From assembly GCA_002269645.1 (NCBI GenBank), contig NIVC01000045.1, positions 484,892 through 548,891 of the forward strand: a DNA stretch of 64,000 bases, written 5' to 3'. The translations under genes and the position numbers were made by a program. Below the pieces are notes generated by a model. That model saw only the letters and a list, made by a program, of their open reading frames with translations, was not told where the DNA came from and did not search any database. The stretch comes from Macrostomum lignano. Its lineage: Eukaryota. Positions 63,490-64,000 of this stretch are shown in pieces (the stretch's first letter is position 1; every line of letters starts with the position of its first letter).

Positions 63490-64000
63490 TCAACCTAAAC
63501 CCAATATCCACCTCCTAAACCTAAACCTCCAATGCCCGAACGGTAGACTGTTGATATTGTCATCAAAAATGAATCTCTTGTTATCTGCACCTGACAGTCC
63601 AATCTTCTTTTGCCTGAATTGTGTGAATAATATGGTTTTTAGATTGTAGCTTTGAGAACTCATGTGATGTCTTTTTGTTGCAATTCAAGGCGTCTTCTGT
63701 ATTCAGCTTCATTAATTTCCTTCCTAACCACACGTTTCGGAATTCCCTTTGATTTTTTGATTGGGTCTGACGACTCACATTTTATAAAATAGGACTTTGC
63801 TCTCAACCCAATGAATTCAGTGATTATGTCACCAGCAATCTCGTCCTTCATTTTCCCAATCACTTTCTTGTTAGTGGCGTCAAACATTGATCGCCATTCT
63901 GTCCTGAAAGATTCATCATACTCAGACAAGTCAAACAAATCTTTTTGCTGCAGCATGTCCTGATAAATGTCTTCTGTTTGAATGTCATAATAAAACTGTC
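63490..64000 (-). CDS. Protein-primed family B DNA polymerase, C-terminal part (3 single-base indels)
   Basis: DS(F)YYDIQTEDIYQDM..FDLSEY..NKKVIGKMKDE..EFIGLRAKSY..KKSKGI, then after frame changes SKNHIIHTIQ|KKIGLSGADNKRFIFDDNINSLPFGHW. Confidence 0.92.

Larger units (their letters stand above)
56337..64000. mobile_element. Endogenous Maverick/Polinton (adintovirus-like) element, partial; continues beyond the window
   Basis: Compact intronless cluster of minor capsid, major capsid, PZ-like, A32-like ATPase, adenain-like protease and protein-primed PolB genes with shared A-rich ATG contexts. Confidence 0.93.

Overview
Metazoan genomic DNA with spliceosomal GT-AG introns, GC-rich exons containing CAG/GCC runs, and about 25 minisatellite/microsatellite arrays. 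This architecture is reminiscent of a free-living flatworm such as Macrostomum, but the species is an inference only. Host genes I could reconstruct exon by exon: a C9orf78/TLS1 orthologue (-), a six-exon synaptobrevin/VAMP with a Gly-rich lumenal tail (-), a two-exon thioredoxin-like protein lacking CxxC (+), and a three-exon nuclear receptor with an atypical P-box, CSACMN (+). Mobile DNA includes a nested hAT-like/MULE-like composite with 420-bp inverted arms, small MITEs, and a 5'-truncated RNase H-bearing non-LTR retrotransposon inserted in a minisatellite. The last ~7.7 kb (56.3-64 kb, running off the window) is an endogenous Maverick/Polinton (adintovirus-like) element. It carries minor and major capsid proteins, a packaging ATPase, an adenain-like protease, the pPolB C-terminus, a PZ-like protein, a candidate membrane-active protein and orphan ORFs. 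The capsid, ATPase and protease ORFs are open; other genes are broken only by single-base indels, mostly in short homopolymers. No integrase or terminal inverted repeat is visible in the window. Most long ORFs in the supplied track are artefacts of tandem repeats. All family assignments come from motif recognition by eye; no database searches were run.
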